Counted from the first letter of the stretch, positions 32,772 through 43,294 are shown. The stretch: DNA of 64,000 bases from an uncultured Ignavibacteriota bacterium (GCA_937959065.1 CALGOI010000379.1:2556-66555); one strand, 5' to 3'. Notes: generated from the sequence alone by a model not told the origin. Translations and numbers: made by a program.

Positions 32772-33413
32772 TTATTGAAACTGTGCTATATCAGAGAATG
32801 AGATACTGCCCTTGGCCTTGATTTGGTCGGCCATATCAGAGGGAACCTGAACCCATCGTTTACCACCGGCATCACGAATGTTCGCCTCCACCCAGACTTG
32901 TCCGGGCTTTAGTTCAACTTCTCCGGCTTTAGGTTGGGCAAAATACCCGAACTCAGTTGATTTCTGTGATAAAGAGCTTGGTTCGGCCGTGGGCGTGGTT
33001 GGTTGCGATACCACGGTGGACAACACCTCCGGTGATGGCTTAACCACGGGTGCGCTTGGCTGCGCTTCAAGTGTCTTGGTTGGTATGCTGGCATCCATGA
33101 CTGTTTCTTCACCCTCTACAGCGTCAATATTGAGGGTTTGGAAGAACTCTGGCGGGACATCTTCCTTGGCGGGCCCCTTGAATCGATCTTTTAAAGGAAG
33201 AGATAGCGTTTGAACCTTAACGGTTTTTGGGCCGCCATAGCCACCGGCAGCACCACGAAGTATATCCCAAATACTTCTCTTTAGCCGCTGTGGTTTGGCA
33301 TACTTACCCTTAGTTTTCTCGATTTCCTTTTCCTTCTCCATTCTTGCTTTAGAAAGAAGCTTTTCAGGTATCAGGTCTTCTCTTGTGATTTTATCACCAT
33401 CACCGTTTGGCAT
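32772..33413 (-). CDS. Hypothetical Pro/Lys-rich protein
   Basis: 213-aa ORF. Confidence 0.5.
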   Translation of the reverse strand: MPNGDGDKITREDLIPEKLLSKARMEKEKEIEKTKGKYAKPQRLKRSIWDILRGAAGGYGGPKTVKVQTLSLPLKDRFKGPAKEDVPPEFFQTLNIDAVEGEETVMDASIPTKTLEAQPSAPVVKPSPEVLSTVVSQPTTPTAEPSSLSQKSTEFGYFAQPKAGEVELKPGQVWVEANIRDAGGKRWVQVPSDMADQIKAKGSISFSDIAQFQ

Positions 33414-33449
33414 GTTCTATAGTTTTGAATTACAGACCAAATATAGTAA

Positions 33450-33950
33450 TTATTCAGGTCTGTAGAATGCGATCGATCCATTGTCTCCACTCATCATGTC
33501 AAAACTGTAAACATCGGTGACTATCTTGCCGTTTCGGGTTCTGTCGCTTGAGTTAATGTTTTGATGGACAATGGTAAATGAGCCGTCCTCATGAACCTCG
33601 TAAACAAATCCTGTGTGCGAAACACATAGCCCGGTGTTATACTTAAAGGTAAAGAACACATTGATAATCACAAACACGTCTCCTGGTTGAATGTTTTCGC
33701 CTTTGACCTTAGCCTTGTCTTTCTTAAATCGAATTTCATATACTTTTTCGCCCGTTGGCGCTACCCCATATCTTTCATGATCATAATCAACATTCCACTC
33801 AAGAACGTTGTCCACGAGCCCCTGACAAAGCCCGTTACCAATTTCCTCTTGCCCAATTAACGTATCAAGGCAGTTCAGTATATTCTCCTGTGTAGTCTGA
33901 GCCAATGCCACTCCGGGCACCATGATCAGCATTGCTATTATCGTTCTCAT
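33450..33950 (-). CDS. Secreted NlpC/P60-CHAP-like hydrolase candidate
   Basis: It has a signal peptide (MRTIIAMLIMVPGVALAQ), a candidate catalytic Cys (NGLCQGLV) and His (CVSHTGFVYEV), and QPGDVFVI. Confidence 0.4.
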   Translation of the reverse strand: MRTIIAMLIMVPGVALAQTTQENILNCLDTLIGQEEIGNGLCQGLVDNVLEWNVDYDHERYGVAPTGEKVYEIRFKKDKAKVKGENIQPGDVFVIINVFFTFKYNTGLCVSHTGFVYEVHEDGSFTIVHQNINSSDRTRNGKIVTDVYSFDMMSGDNGSIAFYRPE

Positions 33951-34025
33951 ATAACCATTTACGTTATCAACACAAAAATGTTACAAACAATAATTATTTT
34001 TTGTTACGGGTTTGTATATAAAAGA

Positions 34026-34033
34026 TAGTTTTG
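34026..34033 (+). promoter_or_regulatory. Bacteroidota-type -7 box candidate (TAGTTTTG)
   Basis: It matches TAnnTTTG, with TTTG 22 nt upstream (34000-34003). It lies at the head of the rightward late block, 1 nt before the ATG at 34035. Confidence 0.3.
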
Positions 34034-34034
34034 G

Positions 34035-34415
34035 ATGGCAATGGAGTTTATCGGGTACATAACCGGGGTTATTCTCATATTAACGGCAATAGCCAGTCTT
34101 GTTGTCCGGACGAACAAAGTTAAGAAAGAGGAACGGGAACAATACGACTTCGGCGAAGAAGTTCAGGCCGACAATGAGTTGATCAACGTGGCCTATCGTG
34201 GTGTGTTGCTTCCAATGACCGTGGGCGAGAAAGAGCAATGGTGGGACCCGATGAGCCCACACGAGAAGGATGCACATGTGGTTAAACGCAAGAACCATGT
34301 CAAGTCCGGTAAGATTGCGTATGTTCGCCACAGGGATATGTATGTGTTCATATCGCCCGAGAAGGCAGATGAACTCATGTTACCAAGGGAGAGGTTTAAG
34401 CCAAGGCTTAGTTAA
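34035..34415 (+). CDS. Hypothetical membrane-anchored protein
   Basis: 126 aa with an N-terminal hydrophobic segment. Confidence 0.5.
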   Translation: MAMEFIGYITGVILILTAIASLVVRTNKVKKEEREQYDFGEEVQADNELINVAYRGVLLPMTVGEKEQWWDPMSPHEKDAHVVKRKNHVKSGKIAYVRHRDMYVFISPEKADELMLPRERFKPRLS

Positions 34416-35095
34416 TGAAGTACAGAATACCAGCAAACAAGGTGTTGATACGGCCCTCTGAAGAACACCAGGGCGTGATCACATCGAACGGGAACTCACT
34501 TCTGATAGACACTTCGTATGAGCTAAATAACCATGCGGTGATGTCAGGGGTGGTGGTGGCCTTGCCAGAGCATTTATTGTATTCAAGAGACAGGCACGGT
34601 GAGGTTGATTCAGTGGAGTGTGATGCCGAAATGGAGCTTCAAATAGGCGATACGGTATGGTTTCACCATAACCTGATAGAGAACTGTGTTGATAACGAGG
34701 AGGTAATAAAGGATGATTCAGGCTATTTGGTGTCCGGTAACTACGACATGCTGTATATGGCCAAGCGTGGTGAGGAAATAATCCCAATAAACGGGTGGTG
34801 CCTTGTTGAGCCGGTATCGGATGAAATAAGCAACAAGATCCTCCTTCCGGATAACCTCATTAGGCAACATAGCCTTAAAAAAGGACGTGTAGCATACGTA
34901 GGAGAGCCTGTAAGGGAATATCGTGACGAAACCGACTTCAGGGACGATGAGGTTAAAATAAGCGCAGGAGACCTCATCATATTTCTTCCTTACAGTGATA
35001 TTCCGATCGAATACGACCTACACGCCTCAATTGATGGGCGACAAAGGTTCTACCGGATGCAGCGGAGGGATATATTGGCGGTGATAGAAGAGTAA
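34415..35095 (+). CDS. Possible tandem Cpn10 (GroES-fold)-like protein
   Basis: Two segments follow the Cpn10 pattern: KVLIRPSEE...SGVVVALPE...IGDTVWF, and GWCLVEPVSDE..NKILLPDN...KKGRVAYVGEPV...ISAGDLIIF. Similarity is weak and judged by eye only. Confidence 0.3.
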   Translation: MKYRIPANKVLIRPSEEHQGVITSNGNSLLIDTSYELNNHAVMSGVVVALPEHLLYSRDRHGEVDSVECDAEMELQIGDTVWFHHNLIENCVDNEEVIKDDSGYLVSGNYDMLYMAKRGEEIIPINGWCLVEPVSDEISNKILLPDNLIRQHSLKKGRVAYVGEPVREYRDETDFRDDEVKISAGDLIIFLPYSDIPIEYDLHASIDGRQRFYRMQRRDILAVIEE

Positions 35096-35121
35096 GCAAT
35101 TTCTAACCAAATCAAAATAAG

Positions 35122-35979
35122 ATGAAAACACTTATCATTTATGACGGCAGCACACCAGGATCGGTTATATCGGCTGCTATTGCCTTGCGTAAATATCCCG
35201 CAAGTGAAGTTCTTGACACCGAAGGCATCGGATTTAAGATAACCCCAAAGAAGTGGGATAAGATATTTCTTATGACCGAGGTGGACGAGGCGGAGCTAAC
35301 CAATAACATGGTTTACGTATCAGGCCGCACCAAGGAGAAAACCCGTTCGGTATTGACATGGGAACGTGAGTTTGGTGGCCAGTCTTGTCCTCTTGCGCTT
35401 CACTACCTTGGGGGCTACAAGTTAAACGAGGCAAACCGTGAGAAGGCAGAGTCTTTCTATTATGCGGTAGCCACGTACTTGTCTGATCTTACCGATGCCC
35501 ATGTGAAGTATGATTGGAACGAGTTGATGAATAACAACCTTGGTGTTCTAAATTCGTATTGCACTAAGGGAAGTGTTATCCGTGATTATCTTTCGGTAAA
35601 CGCCCCGGTAGAGACGGATGATTCAGCTTTTGCTAATATGGCTGAGGAGATCCATGCTCAGGCAGCGGAGATTTCGAAACTGACGCAGGACAATGTTGCC
35701 CTTGACAAGCAAGTAAAGGAAACCTCAGCAGCGTTAAAGGCCATTAACAAGGAGCTGAACGACTCTCTTTCTGTTATGGCCAAGGTGGATGATATTTCGC
35801 TTATCCATGCCATGACACCTAAGCAGGTGGCGGATAGGTACACCGTGTCTGAGCTTCGAAAGATCGCTCCGAGGGTTGGTGGCATTAAGGGTTATAGCAA
35901 CCTGAAGCAGGCCGACCTTGTTAAGGCATTGAGGTCTCGGATAAAGAGTATCTTTAAGTCGGGATTGGTTAACGCATAG
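35122..35979 (+). CDS. Hypothetical protein with C-terminal Rho_N/SAP-like motif
   Basis: 285 aa, with YTVSELRKIAPRVGGIKGYSNLKQADLVKALRSRI at the C-terminus. Confidence 0.45.
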   Translation: MKTLIIYDGSTPGSVISAAIALRKYPASEVLDTEGIGFKITPKKWDKIFLMTEVDEAELTNNMVYVSGRTKEKTRSVLTWEREFGGQSCPLALHYLGGYKLNEANREKAESFYYAVATYLSDLTDAHVKYDWNELMNNNLGVLNSYCTKGSVIRDYLSVNAPVETDDSAFANMAEEIHAQAAEISKLTQDNVALDKQVKETSAALKAINKELNDSLSVMAKVDDISLIHAMTPKQVADRYTVSELRKIAPRVGGIKGYSNLKQADLVKALRSRIKSIFKSGLVNA

Positions 35980-36012
35980 CGTTGGCTTGAAGTTATAGAC
36001 TGTAGTATTGAG

Positions 36013-36050
36013 AGAGGACGGTTAAGTTATCCCTCATTTGACCGTCCTCT
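36013..36050 (+). terminator. Intrinsic terminator
   Basis: AGAGGACGGT (36013-36022) pairs with ACCGTCCTCT (36041-36050), followed by TTCTCTC. Confidence 0.65.
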
Positions 36051-36070
36051 TTCTCTCATAAGCGTCTGAG

Positions 36071-36748
36071 GTGAAGAAGAAAGAGTTTAGAGCGGACGAG
36101 TTCGAAAAGATGTTCGTGAACGTGAATGCCCTTAAAGCGGGAGACTTGATATTGTCATCTACCCCTCTTGGGGAGTATTCGGAGTTCCGGGCGGAGATGC
36201 AGGAGTATGGACAGTATCGGGAAGAGATGCTTCGATATATGTGTTTGGTGTATGATCCGCAATCTCCCTACGTTAAGCACTACGACAACATAATCGACAG
36301 GAAGTTGGATGCTTTGATCGATGTAGGTGTTCGGCCTATCAAGGGAGGTAGGCTGCCTATGTTGATAGAAGAAATGGTGAAGTGTCACAACCGGACGTTT
36401 AATGACATGATAATTAAGTACTGTAGGTTGTGTTCGGGAGGTGAGCGGACATATATGGCGCTTGTGGCGGCCAATGAGTTTTATTGGGGGCAGATGAAGC
36501 GTTTGTTCATGGTCACCCCGGGTAATGATGACGATGCCTTGGTTGATGCGGACAAGAAGGCGAAGCTGTTCAAGTCCATGGCGGAGCAGGAGGGAATTAT
36601 CGAATCATTGGAGGATAAGTTGTTGGCTTTGGATGATAATCCTCAGTTGAGGTCTGATGTATGGGTATTACATGAAGATAAGCGTAATTCACATAATAGG
36701 TTATCGCCTGAGCACTTTAGTAAAAAGGCTGGTAATGGGAAAAAGTAG
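36071..36748 (+). CDS. Hypothetical protein; small terminase subunit candidate by position only
   Basis: 225-aa ORF (GTG start) upstream of the large terminase. Confidence 0.3.
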   Translation: MKKKEFRADEFEKMFVNVNALKAGDLILSSTPLGEYSEFRAEMQEYGQYREEMLRYMCLVYDPQSPYVKHYDNIIDRKLDALIDVGVRPIKGGRLPMLIEEMVKCHNRTFNDMIIKYCRLCSGGERTYMALVAANEFYWGQMKRLFMVTPGNDDDALVDADKKAKLFKSMAEQEGIIESLEDKLLALDDNPQLRSDVWVLHEDKRNSHNRLSPEHFSKKAGNGKK

Positions 36749-37016
36749 TTCGGAGTCAGGGGAGTACTTTAACCGGGTTTCCTTTGAGGGGAGTGTTAAG
36801 GACTTGGAGGTTGCCATGAAGTACCTTGAGAAGAAGGGTATGAAATGGGAGAGCCGGTTCAGCATTAAGGACGACCACAGTATGTATCCCTATATGGTTA
36901 CTAACTATAATGGGATATTTGGTACCCTTGGTATGTGGAAAGATCCAAGGGAGTATAATTATAAACTGCCTGAAGAACTCTCGGTGGGCGTTGATAAGGC
37001 GCTACAGAAAAGATGA
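36735..37016 (+). CDS. Hypothetical protein
   Basis: 93 aa from the ATG at 36735. Confidence 0.4.
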   Translation: MGKSSSESGEYFNRVSFEGSVKDLEVAMKYLEKKGMKWESRFSIKDDHSMYPYMVTNYNGIFGTLGMWKDPREYNYKLPEELSVGVDKALQKR

Positions 37017-37177
37017 TGAACCGGTACAACTACAAATCAGCGCTTAGTGTGATACAATGGATTGTGTTCCTTGTGTTGGTGTTTGGTGTTCCGGTGGTGG
37101 CCGAGACCTACAATAACTATCACTATTTGTGGATGTGGTTGGCGCTTATTCCTTGGGGAATAGCGTGTTCTGATTGA
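37013..37177 (+). CDS. Small membrane protein (54 aa), speculative
   Basis: MMNRYNYKSALSVIQWIVFLVLVFGVPVVAETYNNYHYLWMWLALIPWGIACSD. ATGA overlap with the upstream stop. Confidence 0.3.
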   Translation: MMNRYNYKSALSVIQWIVFLVLVFGVPVVAETYNNYHYLWMWLALIPWGIACSD

Positions 37178-37219
37178 ATCGGTTTGTCTTCGTGTTTACT
37201 ATAACTAAAATTTGTAGTC

Positions 37220-37414
37220 ATGGAATTTTTACAGGATGATGAGGTTGTGGAGAAGGAGCAACCAAAGGAAAGTAAGGAGTGTAATCACCGTATAGTGTCT
37301 AAGGTGGTGGATGGCATCCGTTATCGGTATTGTAAGCATTGTGATATGATCGCACATGCTGATAGTAAATTCTCATATCCCTGTGGTATGGAGTGGTGTA
37401 AGTGTATGCAGTAA
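37220..37414 (+). CDS. Small Cys/His-rich hypothetical protein
   Basis: 64-aa ORF. Confidence 0.4.
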   Translation: MEFLQDDEVVEKEQPKESKECNHRIVSKVVDGIRYRYCKHCDMIAHADSKFSYPCGMEWCKCMQ

Positions 37415-37423
37415 ACCTCATAA

Positions 37424-39562
37424 TTGGCAACCTCATCGAAATATTCTTACAAACCTCATCAGGAATACATTGTTGTAAATGACAACGATCCTGACTTAGA
37501 GCCTATTCGAATTGAATTACCGGCACCTCCGGCACTCACCAAGGTAATTGGGTATGGGCGAAAGCCTGAAAATCAGTATTGGGAACCGGATGAGGTTCCC
37601 GAAAGGCTGGTCGAATTAATGAGAGACCCTGACCTACAGACCAATGACGATATATGGGAGGTGCTTGAGAATAATTATGAGGAGTACAAGAAAGAGTGGA
37701 AGTTCATACAGCAGCAATGGGAATACCGTATTAACGGATGTTGGTTCTTTAATAACGGTGAGCCTACCTACATTACTGGTGCGCATTGGTTCTTTTTGTC
37801 CACCTGGAAGATGGACGGGGCGTTGCCGGAATATAGGTCCCGTGACAGGAAGTGGTGGCTTTCAGTTAAGTTCGGTGAGGAAGATCCCGTGTGTATGGGA
37901 ATAACTTACCCCAAACACAGGAGGGAGGGAGCCACATCACGTACTCAGTGCTGGATGTATGAGAGGATTTCAAGGAACGCCTTTCACTATGGCGGTATTC
38001 AGTCTATGACCGAGCCACATGCCGAGACCGTGTTCCAGAACCACATGGTAAACGGATGGAAAGGGATGCCGTTTTGGTTTCAACCGGTACACGAAGGAAC
38101 TACAAACCCAAAACGGGAACTTAGCTTTAAGGCCCCGGCTCGGGCAGGAGGTAAAAAGTCGATCCGAAGTGTGGGGGATGATGCGCTTAACTCAACCATC
38201 TCTTTTGGAGCATCAACCATTGGCCACTACGATACGTGGAAACTACATGCGTATCACGCTGACGAGGTAGGTAAGACCAAGGAGGTTGATGTTAACAAGC
38301 GGTGGCAAATCGTTAAACAGTGCCTTCGTGTTGGCCGGAAGGTTATTGGGTTTTCTATCCATACCTCAACCGTGGGCGAAATGGAGAAGGGGGGGGGCAA
38401 GAACTTCAAGAAATTGTGTGATCAATCACATTATTCCCACCATGATCCGAGATTGCAACGAAACAAGAATGGGGAGACCATTTCCGGTCTGTATGTGATA
38501 TTCATTCCGGCCTATGACGGCTTAGAGGATTTTGTGGACAAATACGGTAACTCTGTTATCGATAAGCCCACGAAAGAACAGGCGGCCTTTATTGGCTCAG
38601 ATATTGGGGCACGGGAATACCTTGACAATAAGCGGAAGGCACTTATCGAAGCGGAGGACATGGAGGGACTGTCTGAGCAGATACGAATGTACCCCACCCG
38701 TTACCGGGAGTGTTTCTATGGCTCAAGTAAGAGTAATAATTTCAATGTAGTTATCCTGAATGAACAGATAGCGAAATACGCTGTAAGTAATCCCCATGTT
38801 CAGCCGGGTAACTTTGAGTGGACCGATGGGCAGGATTCCCGTGTAACATGGAACCCGTGTAGTGACGGCAGGTTCAACCTCAGCCTTGTTCTTAATGATC
38901 AGCAATCAAACAGGTTCAAAAGGGATGACCTTGGTAAAGCAGTTCCGGCCAATAAGAGTGTATTCCAGGGCGGGGGTGACCCGTTCAAGTTCAAGGAAAC
39001 CCAAAGCGGGCGGAAGTCAATGGCGGGCGGGGCGGTATTTATGAAGTCCTCTCCTACGTTCCTTCATCCAAGACAGCAAGAGTTGGGCTCTAACCGGTTT
39101 GTGTGTACCTACCTTGCCCGACCAAAGAAGAAGGAGATATTCGGGGAAGACATGATCAAGATGTGTGTGTACTTCGGATGTACCATGTTCCCTGAGATAA
39201 ACGTGTCGTTCCTTTGGGACTACTTTGATAGCAGGGGATATAACAATTACTTGTATTACCGTGTTGATAAGAAGACCAAGCGGGTTTCTAAAACACCGGG
39301 GGCCAATACCCTTGAGCAGATGAAGGAGTCGATATTCAATCACTTCCACACCTATATCGAGGAGAATGGATATCGTGAAGTACACACTGATCTTTTACAG
39401 CAATGCCTTGATATCGATGATGACATGGGGGATTATGACCTTTTCACGGCATCGGGTTACGCATTGGTGGCGGCAATGGATCCCTTTGCCCGTATATATG
39501 ATGAGGAAGAAACTGATGAGGGCGCTGAAATAGGTTCGTTCTTTAGGCGTAGTAATTACTGA
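37424..39562 (+). CDS. terL: Terminase large subunit candidate
   Basis: 712 aa. It has a Walker-B-like LHAYHADEVGK, a coupling-motif-like IHTSTVGEM, a C-terminal acidic nuclease-like region (GGGDPFKF), and sits immediately upstream of the portal-sized gene. TTG start. Confidence 0.65.
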   Translation: MATSSKYSYKPHQEYIVVNDNDPDLEPIRIELPAPPALTKVIGYGRKPENQYWEPDEVPERLVELMRDPDLQTNDDIWEVLENNYEEYKKEWKFIQQQWEYRINGCWFFNNGEPTYITGAHWFFLSTWKMDGALPEYRSRDRKWWLSVKFGEEDPVCMGITYPKHRREGATSRTQCWMYERISRNAFHYGGIQSMTEPHAETVFQNHMVNGWKGMPFWFQPVHEGTTNPKRELSFKAPARAGGKKSIRSVGDDALNSTISFGASTIGHYDTWKLHAYHADEVGKTKEVDVNKRWQIVKQCLRVGRKVIGFSIHTSTVGEMEKGGGKNFKKLCDQSHYSHHDPRLQRNKNGETISGLYVIFIPAYDGLEDFVDKYGNSVIDKPTKEQAAFIGSDIGAREYLDNKRKALIEAEDMEGLSEQIRMYPTRYRECFYGSSKSNNFNVVILNEQIAKYAVSNPHVQPGNFEWTDGQDSRVTWNPCSDGRFNLSLVLNDQQSNRFKRDDLGKAVPANKSVFQGGGDPFKFKETQSGRKSMAGGAVFMKSSPTFLHPRQQELGSNRFVCTYLARPKKKEIFGEDMIKMCVYFGCTMFPEINVSFLWDYFDSRGYNNYLYYRVDKKTKRVSKTPGANTLEQMKESIFNHFHTYIEENGYREVHTDLLQQCLDIDDDMGDYDLFTASGYALVAAMDPFARIYDEEETDEGAEIGSFFRRSNY

Positions 39563-39609
39563 AAGTGAATTTTTGCTTACATTTGAATTTGTAAAATTCT
39601 GCTTATTCG

Positions 39610-42012
39610 ATGCCGCCCAATACGTCCTTAAACACGTATCAAAGAGAAGGAGCGTATCCTCAACCTGAGATGCACATTGACCCCAAAGAGAAAGGGGAAA
39701 AGTATCACAAGCAATGGGCGGAGTACATTTTTTCTGCATACATAAGGGATAGGGGTGGCCTTCTTTATTCGAAAAGAAGCGAGTTCCAAATGCTTCGGCT
39801 TTACGCTGATGGCAACCAACCGGTAGAGAAATACATGGATATCCTTGACCCAAAGGACGAGAATACCCATGAACGAAAGGGATTGATGAACATCTCATGG
39901 GACATTATTAGTGTTGCCCCAAGAATACGTGAGGCAGTGGTTGGAAATTACATGAAGTTAGACCATGACATCACTATCAATGCTATTGACGAGAAGTCGG
40001 GTGCCGATAAAGAACAAATGGAACACAGGGCTTGGGCGGAGAAGCAATTACAGCCTTTCTTTGAGTCGGTTAATCCCGCACTTGCCCAACAGATGAGGTC
40101 ATCCATGTTGCCCTTCCTTCCGGATTCGATGGAGGAGATCGAAATGATGAAGCAGATCGGTGCCTTTAAACTGAAGGATGAGATAGCCATGGAGAAGGCT
40201 TTGGACTATACATGGCTCATTAGTGATTGGGTTGACATAAAGAGAAGGTTGTACGAGGACCTATTCGATTTAGGCATTGCTGCAACAAAAGACTATGTTG
40301 AGCCGTCAACTCAATTGGTCAAAACACGTTATGTTGATCCCGCTAAGGCCATTGTTAACTATAGTAGCGATCATAATTTCAGGAACCTTCGATATGCCGG
40401 TGAAATAGTTGAGTTTACGGCAGGCGAATTACGAAAGGCGGCACCGGACCTCAGCGAGGAACAGATACAGGATTGTGTTAAGAGGGCCACAAAGGCAACT
40501 CAGCATCTTAGGGATTATGAGTTTGATTATTATTCACACGGAGAGGTTAATGGCGCTTATTCATACGATGAGGTTAGGATACCGGTTCTTGATATAGAGT
40601 GGTTTGATTATGACATTAAGAAGGGCGAGAAGAGAAAAGAGAATGGCCGGGAATCGTTCTATGATAAACCGTTCAGCTATAAGGGAAAGAAGAGCGAGAC
40701 GAGAACGCCTCAATACAGCCGTTTACAGACTGTTAGGAAGTGTAAATGGGTGGTAGGCACCGAATATGTATTCGATTGGGGCTATCAAAATGACATTCCC
40801 CGGCCAAGTAAAGAACAAGCCCGGTTGTCCTATCACTTCTATAAGGCATCGAACAAGTCGAAGTTAGCGGCAATGATTCCTCACCTGGACAACATCCAGT
40901 TGACCTACTTGAAGATGAAGAACGCTATTGCTAAGGCGGCACCGGCCGGTCTTGCTATAGAGGTGGGATCGCTTAACAACATCTCACTTGGTACTAAGAA
41001 AATGCAGCCGTTGGATGTATTGGACATCAGGCGTATTACCGGTGACCTTTTGTTTAAGTCAACAAATACCTATGCCCAGGTCGTTTCGCCTAATTCCGGT
41101 AAGCCGGTAACCGAAACAAATGGAGGCGTTGGTCCATTCCTTCAAGAGCTTATCAATACCCTTGAACTGGAAATGAAATACATCCGGGATGTAACGGGTA
41201 TTAACGAGTTTGTTGATGCCTCCACCCCCGATCCAAACACTCCTGTGGGGACAGGTAAGCTGGCCGTGGCCTCAGCGAACAATGTTCTTCATACCTTATA
41301 TATAGGATACCAGCGAATACATGAGTGTACCGCAGAGCAGGTGTTGTTGCGTTGGCAGATAGTTGCCCGTGCTAACAAGGGCAAGAAACTGGTTTACCCG
41401 GCCATTGGCAAAAATGCCATGGAAACAATAAAGCTGAGTTCTGATACAGCAGTCCGCACTTACGGGCTCAGGATAGAAGAGCGGCCTACTGCCGAGGAAA
41501 TAATGGAGACCAAGCAAATGGCCATTGCCTCAATGCAGAAGAGAGCGACCGGTGGGCCGGGAATAACCCTTGCTGATTTCCAGGTGGTGTCAAGGATGCT
41601 CAAGGCGGGGCAGCCAAAGCAGGCGGAGATGTTCTTGTCATGGCGTGAGCAGAAGTCTCAAGAGGAGATCGATCAGCGCAATCAGCGCAATCAGCAAATG
41701 AACGCTGATATACAAGCGCAGGGTATTCAACAGAAAACACAAGGCGAGATCACTAAGATTGCCGAGGAAGGTAAATGGAAGATTGAGATTGAGAATACCA
41801 AGAGCCGTAACCGGATGGAAGAAGAAAAGCTCCGCCACTTTAATAAACTGGAATATGCCGACAAACTTGGTGATGATGATATTACTAAGGCAATCGTTAA
41901 GCATCGTGGAGACGAGAGCCGACAAATAAAGGAACACGAAAATCAACAAAAGATTGTTGATAAGCAGACCAAGAACAATCGTAAAAAAGATTCGAAAGAA
42001 GAGGTTGCGTAG
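39610..42012 (+). CDS. Portal protein candidate
   Basis: 800-aa ORF directly after TerL, with a charged, Gln/Glu/Lys-rich C-terminal tail. The call rests on size and order. Confidence 0.6.
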   Translation: MPPNTSLNTYQREGAYPQPEMHIDPKEKGEKYHKQWAEYIFSAYIRDRGGLLYSKRSEFQMLRLYADGNQPVEKYMDILDPKDENTHERKGLMNISWDIISVAPRIREAVVGNYMKLDHDITINAIDEKSGADKEQMEHRAWAEKQLQPFFESVNPALAQQMRSSMLPFLPDSMEEIEMMKQIGAFKLKDEIAMEKALDYTWLISDWVDIKRRLYEDLFDLGIAATKDYVEPSTQLVKTRYVDPAKAIVNYSSDHNFRNLRYAGEIVEFTAGELRKAAPDLSEEQIQDCVKRATKATQHLRDYEFDYYSHGEVNGAYSYDEVRIPVLDIEWFDYDIKKGEKRKENGRESFYDKPFSYKGKKSETRTPQYSRLQTVRKCKWVVGTEYVFDWGYQNDIPRPSKEQARLSYHFYKASNKSKLAAMIPHLDNIQLTYLKMKNAIAKAAPAGLAIEVGSLNNISLGTKKMQPLDVLDIRRITGDLLFKSTNTYAQVVSPNSGKPVTETNGGVGPFLQELINTLELEMKYIRDVTGINEFVDASTPDPNTPVGTGKLAVASANNVLHTLYIGYQRIHECTAEQVLLRWQIVARANKGKKLVYPAIGKNAMETIKLSSDTAVRTYGLRIEERPTAEEIMETKQMAIASMQKRATGGPGITLADFQVVSRMLKAGQPKQAEMFLSWREQKSQEEIDQRNQRNQQMNADIQAQGIQQKTQGEITKIAEEGKWKIEIENTKSRNRMEEEKLRHFNKLEYADKLGDDDITKAIVKHRGDESRQIKEHENQQKIVDKQTKNNRKKDSKEEVA

Positions 42013-42070
42013 TCGTTCTTTGAGATTTATTTATTAATTTCGAATCGTATAACTTTTAAGCAGTTGCAAA

Positions 42071-43294
42071 ATGGATCCTGTTCAAGCGGATAGCACAACA
42101 CCTGAAACTGATACTTTAACCGATGATCTTGGTGTCAATGGCGAGACCTGGTCAAAGGTCGAAGATGAGGATGGACCCGAAGTAACCGATGTAGGGGGAG
42201 GAGAAGAACCCGAACCGGAGAAAAAAGAGGAACCCACCGAACCTGAGACTCCTGAACAGAAAGCTGACGACCCGGACAACGGTGGCCAGAAAGAGGAACC
42301 AAAGGCCGAGGAACCTCAAAAGGAAGAGCCGAAAGCGGAAGAACCCACATCCACACCGGCCAGTGCGGATGTAGAGACGTTCAACCAAAAGATTTCTGAA
42401 TTGTCGGAAGGCCGATTTAAGACAATAGAGGATCTCGTTAATTCGGATGTATTCCAGATTTATGGCCAAGCAGGTGATCTTGTTGATGAATTGGAGAAGC
42501 TGCGTGGGTTAGCGGACCGTGAGCCTGAGTTTGCAAACGATTGGGTTAAAGGACTCAATGATTTTGTAAAGCAGGGAGGGGACCCCAACCTATATGCACG
42601 AATCCAGGGAGTCAATGTTGACGAACTGCCTCCGATGGAGCGAATGGCGCTACAGATGAAATGGGAAAACCCGGACATCAGCGATGAGAACATTCGAATC
42701 ATTTTGGAGAATAAGTATCAGCAGAACGCAGAGGATGGATCAAACGAGAGGAAATTGGGAGATGCCAACTTGGAGCTTGACTCACGAAAAGCTACAAATT
42801 GGCTGAAGGAGCATCAAGTCAAGAGTGCCACCCCTGACCCTGTAAAGGCAGAGGAAAGGACTCGACAACTTGAGGAGACAAGGGTAGAGAATTGGAGCAA
42901 GACCTTGAACGAATTACCTAACTACATCAACAAGTTTGATGTACCTGTCAACGACAAAGGTGAAACGTTCGAGTTCGAGTTCAAAGACCAACACAAGGCC
43001 TCGCTCATGGAGAAGGTCTCGGAAATGGTACGGTACTCACCCCACCTCAAGCATGACGAGGCAGGCATTAAGGATGTATGGGCTGCAACCCAACACTTGA
43101 TTAAGAGCATGTTCTTCGAAGAAATGATGGCCGAGGCTGTAAAGAGTGAACTCAACAAGCTTCAGGAGTCAACCTTCAAAGAACAGCACAATCCAAGTGC
43201 GGGCAAACCCGAAGAGGCTCCTGCTACGGTTGACTCAAACGAGCCAAAGGACGAACAAGACTTTCTCCTTAAAATGCTCAGAGAGGATTCGTAG
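42071..43294 (+). CDS. Scaffolding-like acidic coiled-coil protein
   Basis: 407 aa with EEPKAEEP low-complexity repeats, lying between the portal and capsid candidates. Confidence 0.45.
   Translation: MDPVQADSTTPETDTLTDDLGVNGETWSKVEDEDGPEVTDVGGGEEPEPEKKEEPTEPETPEQKADDPDNGGQKEEPKAEEPQKEEPKAEEPTSTPASADVETFNQKISELSEGRFKTIEDLVNSDVFQIYGQAGDLVDELEKLRGLADREPEFANDWVKGLNDFVKQGGDPNLYARIQGVNVDELPPMERMALQMKWENPDISDENIRIILENKYQQNAEDGSNERKLGDANLELDSRKATNWLKEHQVKSATPDPVKAEERTRQLEETRVENWSKTLNELPNYINKFDVPVNDKGETFEFEFKDQHKASLMEKVSEMVRYSPHLKHDEAGIKDVWAATQHLIKSMFFEEMMAEAVKSELNKLQESTFKEQHNPSAGKPEEAPATVDSNEPKDEQDFLLKMLREDS

Noticed and set aside
39395-39898. 167-aa minus-strand ORF spanning the TerL-portal junction
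   Set aside because: It overlaps the ends of two strongly supported plus-strand genes and has no motif.
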